The notes beneath the pieces are model-generated. The model was not told the origin of the DNA. It saw nothing but the letters and a program-made list of their open reading frames with translations, and searched no databases. A program made the translations under genes and the position numbers. Shown one piece after another: positions 11,021 through 26,358 of a stretch of DNA of 64,000 bases. The DNA is from Antedon mediterranea (Eukaryota > Animalia > Echinodermata), in assembly GCF_964355755.1 (NCBI RefSeq), contig NC_092672.1, positions 14,756,001 through 14,820,000 of the forward strand, given 5' to 3'. Numbering within the stretch: position 1 is the stretch's first letter; every line of letters begins with the position of its first letter.

Positions 11021-14000
11021 CTGTAAGAAAGAATTCATTCAAGAAGTAAATTAAATTTATCTCTATCCATAATGATTATTATTATTTATGAATTTAAGTT
11101 AAAGCTTTGTTAGATATGTTTATATGGCAATGATTGTTAATAATAATTAAAAAATTATTAGTAGTATATAAACAATTGTACCTGTAAAGCCAGCCTCTGG
11201 TTTATTTGAAGCTGTAAAAGAAAAAAAAGAAACAGCTGTTGGTAACTTAATACTAGATGTAAGAATTACAAGTGAAAAAAGAAACAGCTGTTGGTAACTG
11301 TATAATACTAGATGTAAGAATTATAAGTGAAAAAAGAAACAGCTGTTGGTAACTGTATAATACTATGTGTAAGAATTATAAGTGAAAAAAGAAACAGCTG
11401 TTGGTAACTGTATAATACTAGATGTAAGAATTATAAGTGAAAAAAGAAACAGCTGTTGGTAACTTAATACTAGATGTAAGAATTATAAGTGAAAAAAGAA
11501 ACAGCTGTTGGTAACTGTATAATACTAGATGTAAGAATTATAAGTGAAAAAAGAAACAGCTGTTGGTAACTGTATAATACTAGATGTAAGAATTATAAGT
11601 GAAAAAATAAACGGCTGTTGGTAACTGTATAATACTATGTGTAAGAATTATAAGTGAAAAAAGAAACAGCTGTTGGTAACTGTATAATACTAGATGTAAG
11701 AATCATAAGTGAAAAAAGAAACAGCTGTTGGTAACTGTATAATACTATGTGTAAGAATTATAAGTGAAAAAAGAAACAGCTGTTGGTAACTGTATAATAC
11801 TAGATGTAAGAATTATAAGTGAAAAAAGAAACAGCTGTTGGTAACTGTATAATACTATGTGTAAGAATTATAAGTGAAAAAAGAAACAGCTGTTGGTAAC
11901 TGTATAATACTAGATGTAAGAATTATAAGTGAAAAAAGAAACACCTGTTGGTAACTGTATAATACTATGTGTAAGAATTATAAGTGAAAAAAGAAACAGC
12001 TGTTGGTAACTGTATAATACTAGATGTAAGAATTATAAGTGAAAAAAGAAACAGCTGTTGGTAACTGTATAATACTATATGTAAGAATTATAAGTGAAAA
12101 AAGAAACAGCTGTTGCTAACTGTATAATACTAGATGTAAGAATTATAAGTGAAAAAAGAAACAGCTGTTGGTAACTGTATAATACTATGTGTAAGAATTA
12201 TAAGTGAAAAAATAAACAGCTGTTGGTAACTGTATAATACTATATGTAAGAATTATAAGTGAAAAAAGAAACAGCTGTTGGTAACTGTATAATACTATAT
12301 GTAAGAATTATAAGTGAAAAAAGAAACAGCTGTTGGTAACTGTATAATACTATGTGTAAGAATTATAAGTGAAAAAAGAAACAGCTGTTGGTAACTGTAT
12401 AATACTAGATGTAAGAATTATAAGTGAAAAAAGAAACAGCTGTTGGTAACTGTATAATACTAGATCTAAGAATTATAAGTGAATGTAATACAATAAATGC
12501 AAATTTAGATATGACACATGGTGAATGCAATACATACTGTACACACAATTTCTAAAGAAATGTTTTTTTGCCAGCTAATAATACAAAATGAGTAATTCGA
12601 CTTTGCTTTTACCTTCATAGACTTCTTCTAGAAAGTTGGTATCATTACATGGTGCATCAATTTTGACAGAAATGATACATTGTGGGTAGATACCTAAATC
12701 TGATAAGTTAATCTCATTACTGTGAGTGGTAAGGCAGACTCCATCCAACATTAAAGTCTGATCAAATGGAGCAACAGAAAAGGCATGCATCACCTGAATA
12801 AAAGAATAGTGAATACTGGATAATTTATTGTCTACACTTGTTATACCATTCCTTAGCAGGAATTATTATTTCAACTATCTTTAAATTCGGTGACCTTTTC
12901 AGTTTAGCCCAGTGGGTTAACTGATATTCAGAGTCCTTCTTTAAAAACATTAAAACAAACAATATTATGAAAACAATAACAATAACAAGTTACAACTTTT
13001 ATATACAGAGGTCCAGGTACACACAGGGTTGTTCTTCCTTGGGGCTGTGCACATACAAAATACAATACCTACACAAATTATACATAATTTGAAAACAAAG
13101 TACAATGAATTTCTTGTTTTAACATAGTTTCTCTCTATTTTTATTTATTTATTTATTATTTATTTATTTCATAAAACCTCCAGAAGGAGAAGCACTCTTG
13201 TACAACATATAAAATCAATGTAAAATATAAACATATTTAAAATAGCAATAGTAATCTGTAAATTCTATTTAAATAATAATAATAAATTTCACCATGCAAA
13301 CCTTCAAATAATAACTTTAGATTGCTTTAATAAAAGTTCTAGTTGGCTACAGTAGTAGTAGTAGTAGTAGTTTTTTCATGCATGTTTAAATGTTGTAATC
13401 TTACCTTAACCTTTAACTCTTTTAGTGTATTGGTGGATGATACTATAACTTCTTTCTCACCCCTAACCCTGCGGTGCCTTGTGCTTCTCCGTCCATTATA
13501 TGCAATATCACATAATTTTCTTTTCCCAAATTCATTTGGTTGTTGCTGAAATTGGTAAAATTCATTTCCTTTAATTAGGTTGGCCACCATTGCATGTTTT
13601 AATTAATTTTAAGTTTTATGCAAATTAGTGATGTCTTCATAAACATATAAACTATTGACCCACGCCCAGAGAACACCCAAAGTGTGTGCCTGAGGTACTG
13701 AAAAAAAGTGCTAAAGACTACCTAAAGTATTAGAGTAGACCTAATGAAAGAAACAGTTATATATATTTAAACTAATTATATTTACTAGATGGTATGTTCA
13801 CGTACCATCTATGTCATTTCCAGATATGGTTCTCAAATACACAGTAATTTCAGAACTATAATACATTGTCATTTACAGAAACGAATAAATCGACACAATG
13901 ATTTAGGTAGTCAACTAAAATTAGCACTCTGGGAATTAGTCCTACTTCCGAAAGAGAAACTTGTAATAAAATGAGTCCAAATTTTTTATTTGTATGTAAC

Positions 14001-17000
14001 ATTAGGCTTGAGGGATGGGGAAGAGGATGGGTGCAAAGAGGAACAATTTTTAAATATATTCTTTATCCACTGAGTAACGAAATATTTTTTTTCATGTTTT
14101 ATAGGCCTATAAATAATATACCACTAAATACATTAAAACATTTGCGATTTAATACTTTGTTAAAACTGTCATAGTCGATTGAAATAGTAAAGTTCATGTA
14201 ATGATACACCACTACGACGTTTTTATTTGTTGTAATTATTAATTAATACAAATGTTGAGAAGCAACTGTCAGTAATAAAGTTTATTTGTACATTGTCTGT
14301 TTATTCTAACAGTAGGGCCTACTCACACTCACAGTAATAAGTTTATTTGTACATGTGTTTATATATCTAACAGTACACACACTCACAGTAAGAAATTTGC
14401 GATTGAAATGGCGACCAAAAATGGTTAATACGTATTTACAGTATTGTCAAAGTATTGCAATACTTTTCTTTCAAATTTTAAAATTTCTTAGATCAACCAA
14501 TTATCTTTCTCATCTTATCTATCATCATACGCAGGGTTGCGTAATATAAATATCTTACAGCTGCTGAAATGTAAATATTAATTCATATAAAAATTGAGCA
14601 TAAAAAATCAGATGTTGTGACATTAGGCTAGTCAATCCAGCTAAAAAAACAGCCTAAAGTGAAACAAATTGCAAACAGCGATTTTTTCTTTTTTAAATGG
14701 TCACATATGATGAGGAGATCAAAATTTGAGCATTACACCTCTGTCACTCATCCCGATGATATGCAAATTAGCTTAAATATGCAAATTAGGGTGAAATTAC
14801 CATATCTCAAAAACTACCAGTTCGAGAGAGTTGATTTTTTCACTGATTTATTCAAAATGTATATATTTATATTTGCTCTAATGAAACATTTTACAAAAAA
14901 ATGACCGGAAGTACAACATTTGACTATATAAAACCTGTATCCAAGTCATTTGAGGCCAAAACAAGGTCTGTAATACATTTTAGTTGCATTATATGCAAAT
15001 ATTGAGAAATAGGGTCGAGGGTCAAATGTCATACTTCTGATAATTAAATATTAAAATGTTTCATTAGAGCGAATATAAATATGTACATTCTGAATAAGGC
15101 CTTGAAAATATCAACTCTCTAGCATTAATTGTTTTCGAGATATGGGAAGACTATAATTTTTGTATTTCCGGTCATTTTTTCGTAAAATGTTTTATTAGAG
15201 TAAATATAAATATGTATATTCTGAACAACTTTTTGAAAAAATCAACTCTCTAGCCTTTGTGGTTTTCAATACATAGGAACCTGTAATTTCACCCCCTAAT
15301 TTGCATATTTCATGTAACTTGTACTAAGAATTTGCATACTTTGGAGGTTAGTGATACAGGTGTTATTTTGAGATTTACTTAACAATTCTATGTTGACTAT
15401 TTAGAAACTTGTATATGAGCCATTTGAGGGCAGAACAAAGTATCTCCAGACATTTTAATTTCATTATGCAATATTGAGAAATGGGGTCAAGGGTCAAATG
15501 TCATACCTCCGGTCATTTTCTTGTAAAATGTTTCATTGGAGCAAACAGAAATATGTACATTCTGAATACAGCTGTGAAAAAATCAACTCTCTAGCATTAG
15601 TAGTTTTCGAGATATAGGACAACTGTAAATTTCCCCCCTTATTTGCATATTTTATTTAACTTGTACTACTAATTTGCATACTTTTGAGGTGTGTGACAAA
15701 GGTGTGATTTTGGGTATTACAAAGTGGTCCTATCCTGACTATTAGGAACCTATATCAAGGTCCTTTGATGGAAAAATAAAGTCTCTACAGACATTTTAGT
15801 CACATTGTGTATGCAAACATTGAGAAATGGGGGTCGAGGGTCAAATGTTGTACTTCCGGTCATTTTTTCGTAAAAGGTTTCATTAGAGCAAATATAAATG
15901 TATACATTTTGAATAAATCAGTGAAAAAATCAACTCTCTCGGACTAGTAGTTTTTGAGATATGATAACCCTGTAATTTCACCCTAATTTGCATATTTAAG
16001 CTAATTTGCATATCATCGGGATGAGTGACAGAGGTTTGATGCTCAAATTTTGATCTCCTCATCACATGTGACCATTTAAAAAAGAAAAATCTAGCCTAAA
16101 TGGCCAGTTGAAGTTATAAAGTAGTTATCAATATTTAGTTACAAATTTCAAGTAGCACAATACCATAACAAGAACATGGTATAATTGCACATTACATTTC
16201 TTAATTACTTTACCACTGACGCCACCTTCTGCTTTTCTTAGATTTACTTCCACATTTTTACACATTCAACATCTGCTTTCCCTATTGTAACAATTTTACC
16301 GGATATACTTCTTTAATATTATTTTCAATTTTACACCTATCGTTATTATCTTGACCACCAAAACGTAATGATGATGATGATTACTGCCTCTCTGCTGAAA
16401 AGTCTGCCGTCATTTTACGCTTGTTTTTAATTGTCCGGGATACTTGATGTTGATGTGTTCTAATTATAAAGGGTGAGTAGGTCGTTGCTGAGAGTTATTG
16501 GTAGGGTGGTTCTCGGTCTTCCTCAAAATGTTATATTGGTAGTGTTGCTTATTGCTGTGTTATGGGTCTTGTCTGAGAATGTGACCCAATTGTCTCCATC
16601 TTGCGTCGACTTTACAAACACATCCCAGTTCGTAGCTTTAAAACAACCTTTGAGAGTTTCAATGTTTTTCTGAGACTACACTCTGACTGACTTGATAGTA
16701 GGTTTATTTGATCCGATCTTTTGAATATACTTTGGTAACAGATGAACAACTTTGTGATCAGATGTTCCAATTTCAGGTTCGATAAAACATTTATAAGCCG
16801 CATGTAAGTTTCCATAGCATTTGTCCAAAATATTGTCCCCTATAGTGGGTTTATCAACATATTGGTGATAAAATGGAACAGTACTTTTAAGTTCACACTG
16901 ATTAAAATCACCTGTAAGAATTTTGACTGCGTCTGGTGAATCATTTTCCATGTCCCGTATTAAATTTTGTAAATAATCAGCTGCATTTGTTACTATATAC

Positions 17001-19533
17001 CTTAATCTAATTTGCATGAAAAGTATATGGGACAGTTTATGCACTATTATTAAAAATATCTTTCTAGTGGGTGCAAGATAACCACTTCACTGCACTATTT
17101 GAGTAACACAAAATTGAATGAGAATTTGAACTTTAAAAAACCAAAATTTTGACAAACCTGCGAAAAATCAGGATCAGAATTCTTTTCTTCACTCGGAATG
17201 AGCTTATCAAGGAAGGCTGCCTTGTCAACAACATCTGTAACTTTACGTAGATAGATCTTTTCTCCATTATAATGTTTTTTTTCCTCTGCTTCCTGTTTTT
17301 CTTTTTCAGCAATGCACTGAATGCAAAACTCTATATTTCAGAAATGAAAATATGTAGACAGCGCAATTAGTCAAGTTTGCTCATCTGACTGTTTAGCACC
17401 TATCAACGTACTTCCTGAGTACGCATACAACAAATATGAAACTTATTGAAATATAAAGGCTGATAATTGTTACTAAAGTATTACAAAGTAACAACAAGTT
17501 TGGTTGATAGATTTTGTAAGCTATATTTTAGGTTGCTTGGTAAACCATTTGTGGATTGCACTAGGCATATTGCTTAAATTGGAAATGAAAGGGTTCCTAG
17601 CAATATCATTGTGTTTGTCCAACATGTAGATCAATCAGTTTTAAGCTTGCCATAGTCATACTAAATGTTTCTGACGATCGGAAATCGAACGTACATCATT
17701 AAAGCAAAAAAGAAACAAAATCATGCATGACATTCAAAAAAGAGTAATTGAAACATGCAACAAAGAACTTGATCAGTAAAGTTTGGATATCGACAAAGCG
17801 ATAGGGGGAGCCCAAATGTTTAAAGCAGTGAAAGATCTTAATAGAAAACCATTCAAAAGTGTTTGATGCTAACAAAAAGTTTATTGCCTCACCAAATGGA
17901 ATAGCGAAAGTAATTGGCAATCACTTCGAAAATAAATTTTACGACGGAAGCAAACGAAATATAGATTCATTTCAGGGAAATCCTAGGCCATTAAATAAAG
18001 TAATCAGTGAAGAGGAAGTAACCAAGAGTCTTAAACGCCTAAACAACAGTCGAGCAACAGGTGAGGATGGTATCCCAGGAGAAATAAAAAATACAGTTCC
18101 ACTGTTCTAGCTCCAATGATTCCACACATTTTAAATCAAATATTTACAAAACATGAATTCGTGGATATTAATAAAGGAACACTCATAGCACTACCAAAAC
18201 CGGGTAAGGAAAAGGGTCCAACTAAGAATTTACGAGCTGTTATTCTACTTAACACCATACGCAAGTGCCTATTGCTTATAACACTGGATAGAATTACATC
18301 GAAAGTAGACGCATTCTTACCACAAAGCCAAAGTGGGTTTCGCAAAGGCAGAAGCACAAGTGATATTGTTTTTACACATCGATGGCTTATGGCTAAAGCA
18401 CAAAAAGAAAAAATAAATATTTACATAACCGGTATAGATATGTCAAGCGTGTTTGACACCGTGGATAGAAACAAACTCCTCGACATACTCAAACATATTA
18501 TAGACGAAGATGAACTTAGGATCGTTAGATTTCTGCTGAGTGAAACCAGACTAAATCTAAAAATAAAAGGGGCAAAAGAACAGCCAATATTCCAAACCAA
18601 CAACGGCACCCCTCAAGGAGATAGCTTAAGCCCGGTCTTATTTACTGTTTACCTTGAGTCTGCGCTACGAGGAATCAGAACAATTATCCAAACAGAAATA
18701 CCTCAAGAGATATTATATGCTGATGATGTAGATTTTTTTAGTCTAAACAGCAAGCATAATGTAAACGAATTAGAACGCCATCTATCAATTTTCAACATAA
18801 ATGTAAATAAAGAAAAAACAGAACACACTATCGTAAGACGAGAAAAAGAGGACATACAAGAACAATGGAGAAACACGAAAAAAGTAGGATCGCTCCTTGA
18901 GGACAGACAAGACATAATTAGAAGAAAACAACTAGCGCATGTAGCAATGACCAAACTAAACTCGATGTGGCTTCGAAAAGATAAAATCAAATTAAAAATA
19001 TGTATCAAGCTGTACAACTCACTAGTTAAAAGTATATTACTCTACAACTCTGAAACATGGGGACTCACAAAAGAAGAAGCACATAAACTCGACACATTTC
19101 ACAGACAGCAACTTCGCAAAATCATAGGTATCAGGTTCCCAGACAGGATATCGAACATAAATTTATACAGGACAGGAACAAAACCGATTTCATTAGAAAT
19201 AGTCGACGCAAGATGGAGACTATTAGGTCACATACTTAGACAAGACCTATGTACACCAGCCAACACAGCAATAACCTATTATTTCAGCAACACTACCAAT
19301 ATAAAATTTTGAGGAAGGCCGAGAACCACCCTACCAATAACTCTCACCAACGACCTACTCACCCTTTATAAGTATAACACAGACATTAAGTATCCCGGAC
19401 AATTGAAAACCAAGAAAGACATGAAACAACTTAAAGAACTAGCCAATGAAAGATCAGACTGGAAGAAACTGGTAAAAGAGATTTACGGAGCAGCCCAAGC
19501 GGAAATGTAGGCAGACTTTTCAGCGGAAAGGCA

Positions 19534-19572
<39 letters not shown>

Positions 19573-22500
19573 TATCAACCATAATTTTTTTTAAACGGAT
19601 TTTAATTTAGTTTTTCAAGGCCACCTTTCACGAAATTCATAGCCACATGCCTATCTTGCTGGGTACACAGAATTATTTGTTGATCACTGTTTTTCGCTAT
19701 TATTATGTTATTGAAACATTAATTTTATTTTGTTGTAATTAACTATTGGTTGAAATGACAAGCGTAATTGATGGAAATTCGTCCACATTAAACATCGGAA
19801 GTTTGAGTGAAAATGGCATGGCCTAGCTGGATATGATGTGTAGCCGCCCGGCCAGAGATGGGCTGAGAGCATATGCATGCTCCTCGATGACATGTATTGT
19901 CAGTTTGGTAGGCATAATGTGTTACTGAATATAAGTACGTTTATTAATATTGTTTGCTGTAGTGTCCGTTTCTGCCATTATTTATATTTAAAATCATTTT
20001 TAAAATATTATTTTATTATTCCATGCATGGGCTAAGGCAACACCGTTTCATAAATATTAGGATTCTCAGTACAGTGAATAGAGGTGGATTCCCTCTAATA
20101 AAGGGTCTAACACTAACAGGCCAGGCCTAGTTAGGGGTGTTTGATTTGTATAATAATAATAATAATAAATGAATTTGTAATGCACCAATTCCAGCAAAAG
20201 TGAAAGAAAAAGATGAGTTTTCAAGGCAGATTTAAAGGCGAAGGCAGAAGAAAATGACCTAATAGATGTTTTTTAACCTCCATGGCGTATAAAAATTGTA
20301 TTGATTTTATGCCATACATTATTAATACAGCATAAATAAACAATTTGTTTTTATTCGTACTCACCTACAGGTCTATAATTACAGTGCTACTATGATAATT
20401 GATGGACGGGATAAGCAAATGCATTTATTGATTGGAATGGAACCGCAAATTATATTATTAAGGTAACTTAAGAGATACTGAGCATTGCCATTAAATACAT
20501 TATACTGAGCATTGCCATTAAATACATTATACTGAGCATTGCCATTAAATACATTATACTGAGCATTGCCATTAAATACATTATACTGAGCATTGCCATT
20601 AAATACATTATACTAAGCATTGCCATTAAATACATTATACTAAATTAGTTTTTTGTTTTTAAAAGCAAATAAACATTTGATATGGAATATAGAACATTGT
20701 TCATTTTCTTTTTTTCAGGTGAATAAAAAGATGCCAAGCATACTTTATATAGATGCTACTTAGATCATGCTTGATCGATAGTGAAACAAATTCAGTATTT
20801 TAACTAAAGACACCAAGTATGAATGAGCACAGACAATTAAAATTACGGAACTAAATACTTATGAAGAATAGTGAAATATGCATAATAGAATGCTTTAGCC
20901 CTGAATGCTATGGTTACAGTCATACTGTAACTATGGCTATGATGCTGTATAGTGTTTGTTTTTAACCATCCATATAGTGAGTCTGGGTATATAGACAAAT
21001 AAACAACTACTACTATACTTCTTTTTTTTATACACTATTTATGGACATTTACACAAAATAATCCATCACCTGAATATGATGAAGCTGGCTGTTGTTGATA
21101 GAATTAAAATGCATCACTCAGGCCTTACTTTCGAAATATTTGTTTTTCATTTTAAATGCATTTTTAAATGCATTAAATCAGACTGACATTGACAACAAAC
21201 CAAACAAATTTGATAAATTGATTAAAAATCAAAAGTCATTTTGTATTGACACTTGGTGAAAATTTAAATGATATCAAGAGTCAACTTTCTGTGGATTTAA
21301 AATGGTAAATACGGTATGTTTCAGTTATGCGTGTACATGCGCAAAATTAAATTCTACATGAATCATGGCATTTTGCGCATGTCACAAATTCCCATTATAT
21401 CTGATAATCAATGGATAAATGTATAATTTATTAATGTATGTTTTGTTTAACACTTTCACCGCCAAAGACGGAAATCTCCGTCTTTTGATGCCCAGCGCCA
21501 GACCGGCAAAGACGGAAATTTCCTTCTTTGGCTTTTTATTGCACAATTTGTTAGATCAGGTATATATGGACCGCATGTAGAAATTTCAACATCCAAATCG
21601 ATCAGGACCGCAAATATTTTGATACTTTATTAACCCCTAGTGCCATTGACCCAGCTGGCCTACATCGCGTCCTATCCTTATCCATCCGTAAACAACATAA
21701 TGTGCTTACTGCGGACGAAGCAATTGCAGAAATATTTGCGGACTCTGACTCTGAAAATGAGTATTTATTATCCCCAGATGATGAAGGTATATTTGTACCT
21801 AAATCTGGTTTATAAAATGTATTAAATAATTGGAGATAATTTAGCTAGCCTGGCCTAGGCTAGTTTGTAGAATAGGTTGAGAATTGTGACACTAGTGACA
21901 CTACAGACGGTGCAGCCAGGCTAAAAACCTCATTATCTCTGCTTTGTTCTCCGATTGAGCCTAAAGTGCTAAAAGTGAGCCAAGTGCTTTTTACAATTAT
22001 GTGGTATTACAGTTTTATTTCAATAAAGTGTTTGGTACCATTGGAAAGTTTATTTCTATCTCATTATTTGAGTGTATATTGCATGTTATTCTGATTACAA
22101 ACACATTTGCTATGAGCTTTGAAAAACAGGTAAATTTATCTAAAATGGCTGGCGGTGAGGGGTACTTCCTTTATTGAATGCCTGGCGGTGAAAGTGTTAA
22201 AGGAATCAAATAAAATCTATAAAAAAAGGTATTTGTGTATAACTAAGATATTTGTCAAAAAACAAATGTAGTAAAACATACCTGGATTTGACTGAATACT
22301 GTCAATTTTTGTAACTTCATTTTTTGATTTGTTTAATTTAATCATTTTGTTGACAGGGTAGCTCCTTGAAAGTATGTCAAATTCCCATGGCCATAGTAAG
22401 CACAAACTGACAACAAGACATCAATGAGAAATATTAATATATACAAGGCTATCTCTATTAATACTATAATATTTTTTGAAATTCAGAACACAAGAAAAAT

Positions 22501-25500
22501 GTTTAAACTTAACTTAAAGTAAACTTTAAGTATAAATTCTATTGTATGTAAAATTAAATTGTCAATTGTCATATTCAATTGTCAATTGTCATATTCAATT
22601 GGGTCTCTCTAGTGCGCAACAGAAACCTGTAAAGTATTTAAAATAATCTGTTATCTAAATCTGCAATAACAACACTTTTTTTTTTTTTTTGTTAAAACAC
22701 CTAACAAAATAATCACCAATCAATACACGATCTAGTTTCATCACAAGTTTAATTCAGCATGTACTTACATTTCTTCCAAATTTCCATCTTCAATGTCCGG
22801 CTTAACTAGTAGAAGGTCATGAGGGCAGAGAAAGATAGTGTTGTCAATCATTGATGGTCTATCATAACGTAGTGGCTGCTTTACAAAGTTACGCCACTCT
22901 TCAACAAATAATTTGCTTATCAACATTACCTCTCGTTGTTCCTAATGACAAAAATAAAATTTTAATCAGTAAAATACATACAATTAAAGCTCAACTAAAA
23001 TCAACAACAGACATTTGTAATGTTTAATGAGTTTTCAAATCAATTTTAGTGCCAAAATAGAAGATTTGTTCAAGATAGTATAGATGGCAAATGTTTAATC
23101 ATCCCTGGCTGCCATCCTTTATAACTTCAACATTTCATACTAAACATAGCTATGCATGGTGTCATTAGAACAAAAAATTCAATCCTTTACATCATATAAA
23201 AATATATATAAAAGTCACATGACCAATAAAGGTCATCTAATTCCATCAAATACTCATGGGATAGCATAAAACAAAATTTCTGAACACAGTTTTATTTATT
23301 TTCTTTGTACTTCAAAATAATTTTATAATTCTTAATTTGGATACAGTAGCTTTGCACAGGTACTCTCTAGTGATCGGTCATAGAAGGTTCTCAAATACTT
23401 AAATGAATGATTACTGTAAATAACTAACTGTAAACAATTATATTTGTTTAAATCCATACAGGATCATGATATACATGTTGTACTTGTTGGCCACATGAAG
23501 CGAATACATTTATGTAGGTTAATTTAACTGTCACCCACAGGAAATATCTTGTCAGTGTAATTAGTTAAAATGTAGCCTTAGGTCACATGATCGGCACGCT
23601 CCCATCAGAGAGGAAGCCCCCGACTAATCACTTCGTGGTCGCACTAATGCACTAGATCACCAGAGGGAAACCCCTGTAATTACTCCGCCGCCGTTGTCGC
23701 ACTACAACGCACCATCTAAAGAAGGGGAAAACCCGCCGGAGTCAATCCGACTTTTACGATATCGGTCGCATTCGAAATCGGTCGACTTTGCGATGGGGCA
23801 ACTTTGCGATGGAGCGACTTTGTGATGGGGCGACATTGCGACTGGATCCCTTTGAAAACACCATGGTAAATGATTTTAATCTTTTAGTTTTAAATACAGT
23901 AATGGTAAACAAAATTCATTACTGTGTCTAAGATTGTAAGATTGAACACGTTGTTTCGGGAAAAAATGATTTATGATTTTCATTCTTTAATTTCTGGAAA
24001 TGTTGCTTGCACAGCCAGGTTTGTCAGTCTTCAAGAGATTTGAGGCCCAGAAAAGCAAGGGATCTCTCGTAACTGAGGAATTGGCATATTATCTTCAAAG
24101 CTCAACGTTGAACAGACTCAATCATTCTGATCTGATCTTTGACAATACATCCACACAGAGTCACGTATTTGACAAAAAAATGGACAAAAAATACTAGTAT
24201 CAAAATGGAGCAAATAAATTAGTATTTGCATTTTTAAACATATGGTCAATGAAATTTTTTATTCAAATAATGTTACCTTCATACTGATAATGATTAACAA
24301 CAATCTGCAGCCTACAAAATTATGTAAGCCAGTTATATAACACTATCTTAATGCTGTGAGTCTGAACATGTAAAGAACAAAATTGAATACACATTTTTCA
24401 TGTATCCTTTACATAAATATTCTACCTGTTTTTTCCACTGTGGGCGGTGTTTATCTAGGTAGAGCTGCAAAAGGACTGTTTTCTCTTCTGCTGCTATTAT
24501 CTTGTTCCTGTTACTAACTTGCTCATCTTCTTGCTTAATTTCCTGTTACAGAAAAAACAAAACAAAATCTGTAGCAAGAAATGTTATTAAAGTATGTTTT
24601 ATAGAAATAAGAGAGAACATGTGATAACCACTGCCGATTTTGTAATCTATAAAACATAATAATAATATAATATATCATGTTCATTTATAATAAAAAATGT
24701 ATTTGTCAGTGAGCAATCACTTTGTAAGTTGCTTCATCTACTCAAAAACAGAAAAACTTTCAATACAAAATTAATTTATTGTAATATTCAATTGTGTTTA
24801 ATATGGCGTGCAGTGTTAGGCAAGGTTGCCCATTATCTGCATAACTACTTATTTTGGCCATAAAATAAATAATCTTGAATGTAAAGTAATTACATTACCA
24901 AATAACAATAATGGTAATGATAATGTTGTAAAGATTGCTCAATTTGCAGACGATATCACTCTTTTGTTTTTGATCTTTACTTTTAAGATCGGATGTCGAC
25001 AAAAAAACCTTACACAAGCTGCTAAAATTTATAATTAATTGCACAATTTTGGGGAGCTTTCGTTTTTTTGCAGGGGGTTCGCTGACAAAAGGAGGGTTCT
25101 AAAAAACACCCCTGACTATGAATCTGATATACAAAGTTTATAAAATGCTCTGTTTACACGTTTTTAAAACATGCAAGATAAAAAATGACAGGAAGAAAGG
25201 ACACTATGAATATATCATACAATTACAATGAATTATCTGCCATGTGCGTATAATTAATAATATAGGAAAAACAGATGATCCTTGACAATCACAAGCAGTT
25301 ATCCGCAAAAGTGAGGATAACTAAATAATAAAGTACCTTGCATTTGAGACATATTTGTTGTTCATAGTCATACTCTGGTGCATCTGGAAAATATTTTTTC
25401 AAAAGATTCCATGCTACAGTTGGAATCATCCTTCTTTGACTTGAATCTGTGCTAAGATTACCTGAAAAGAAAATCATTTGTTTACTTTGACACACAAACA

Positions 25501-26319
25501 AATAGATCCATGTACCCCATATTTTTAAGACTTCTAAATGTTGTAGAAATAGCTAAAAATGAGAAATAATAAGTTTCCTGCCTCCAAATAATTAATCAAG
25601 ATCTTTCTTAGCATTGATAAAACATACATATACAATGGCTATTTTTTAAAGGACAGACCAAGGCAATCTTACAACAGGACCCTGAGCTTGACTTGCCAAT
25701 CGTATCGTAAAAGACTTTGATCTCCAGCTTGTGTTATATCACTCAGGCTCATGTAGTATTTTATTGGAAAACTTCTTTGAAATTATAATTTTGAGCTGAT
25801 TTACATTTATTAATGAATTTGATTTTTAAATGGGGTTTTTTCTTTTATAAGCATCTGCTTTAAGAATTTGGGTTCATGTGTATTCACTGGCATAAAACAG
25901 ACTAGCTTTTGCCTTTTCTAATCAAATCTTCTGTCTAAAAATCTTGATTGCAATTCCAGGCATCTTGTGTGAACAGTTTGGCATCTGGCTGTTTGTCTCT
26001 CTAATCAATCAACTACAAGAAGGGTTTCAAGTTCATCAATTCGATAAACTGAAAGTTTTGGCTAGATTTGGAACTATTCTATTCTTCTATATAAAGAAAA
26101 TTGGTGTAAATATTTTACCATGTGCACAAACAAGCTCACAATTGAATTTGTTTTGTTTCTTCTCTTTTTCATCAGCTTTGTTTTCCTTACCGTCTCCAAC
26201 AATTTGATTTATGTTAGAAATCTCTAAAAAACAATTGCAATATTTGTATAAAAGATAAAAACAATTCATAACATGGCACAGAATTTATAATAATACAAGA
26301 TATATAAGCATGTTGTTGT

Positions 26320-26358
<39 letters not shown>

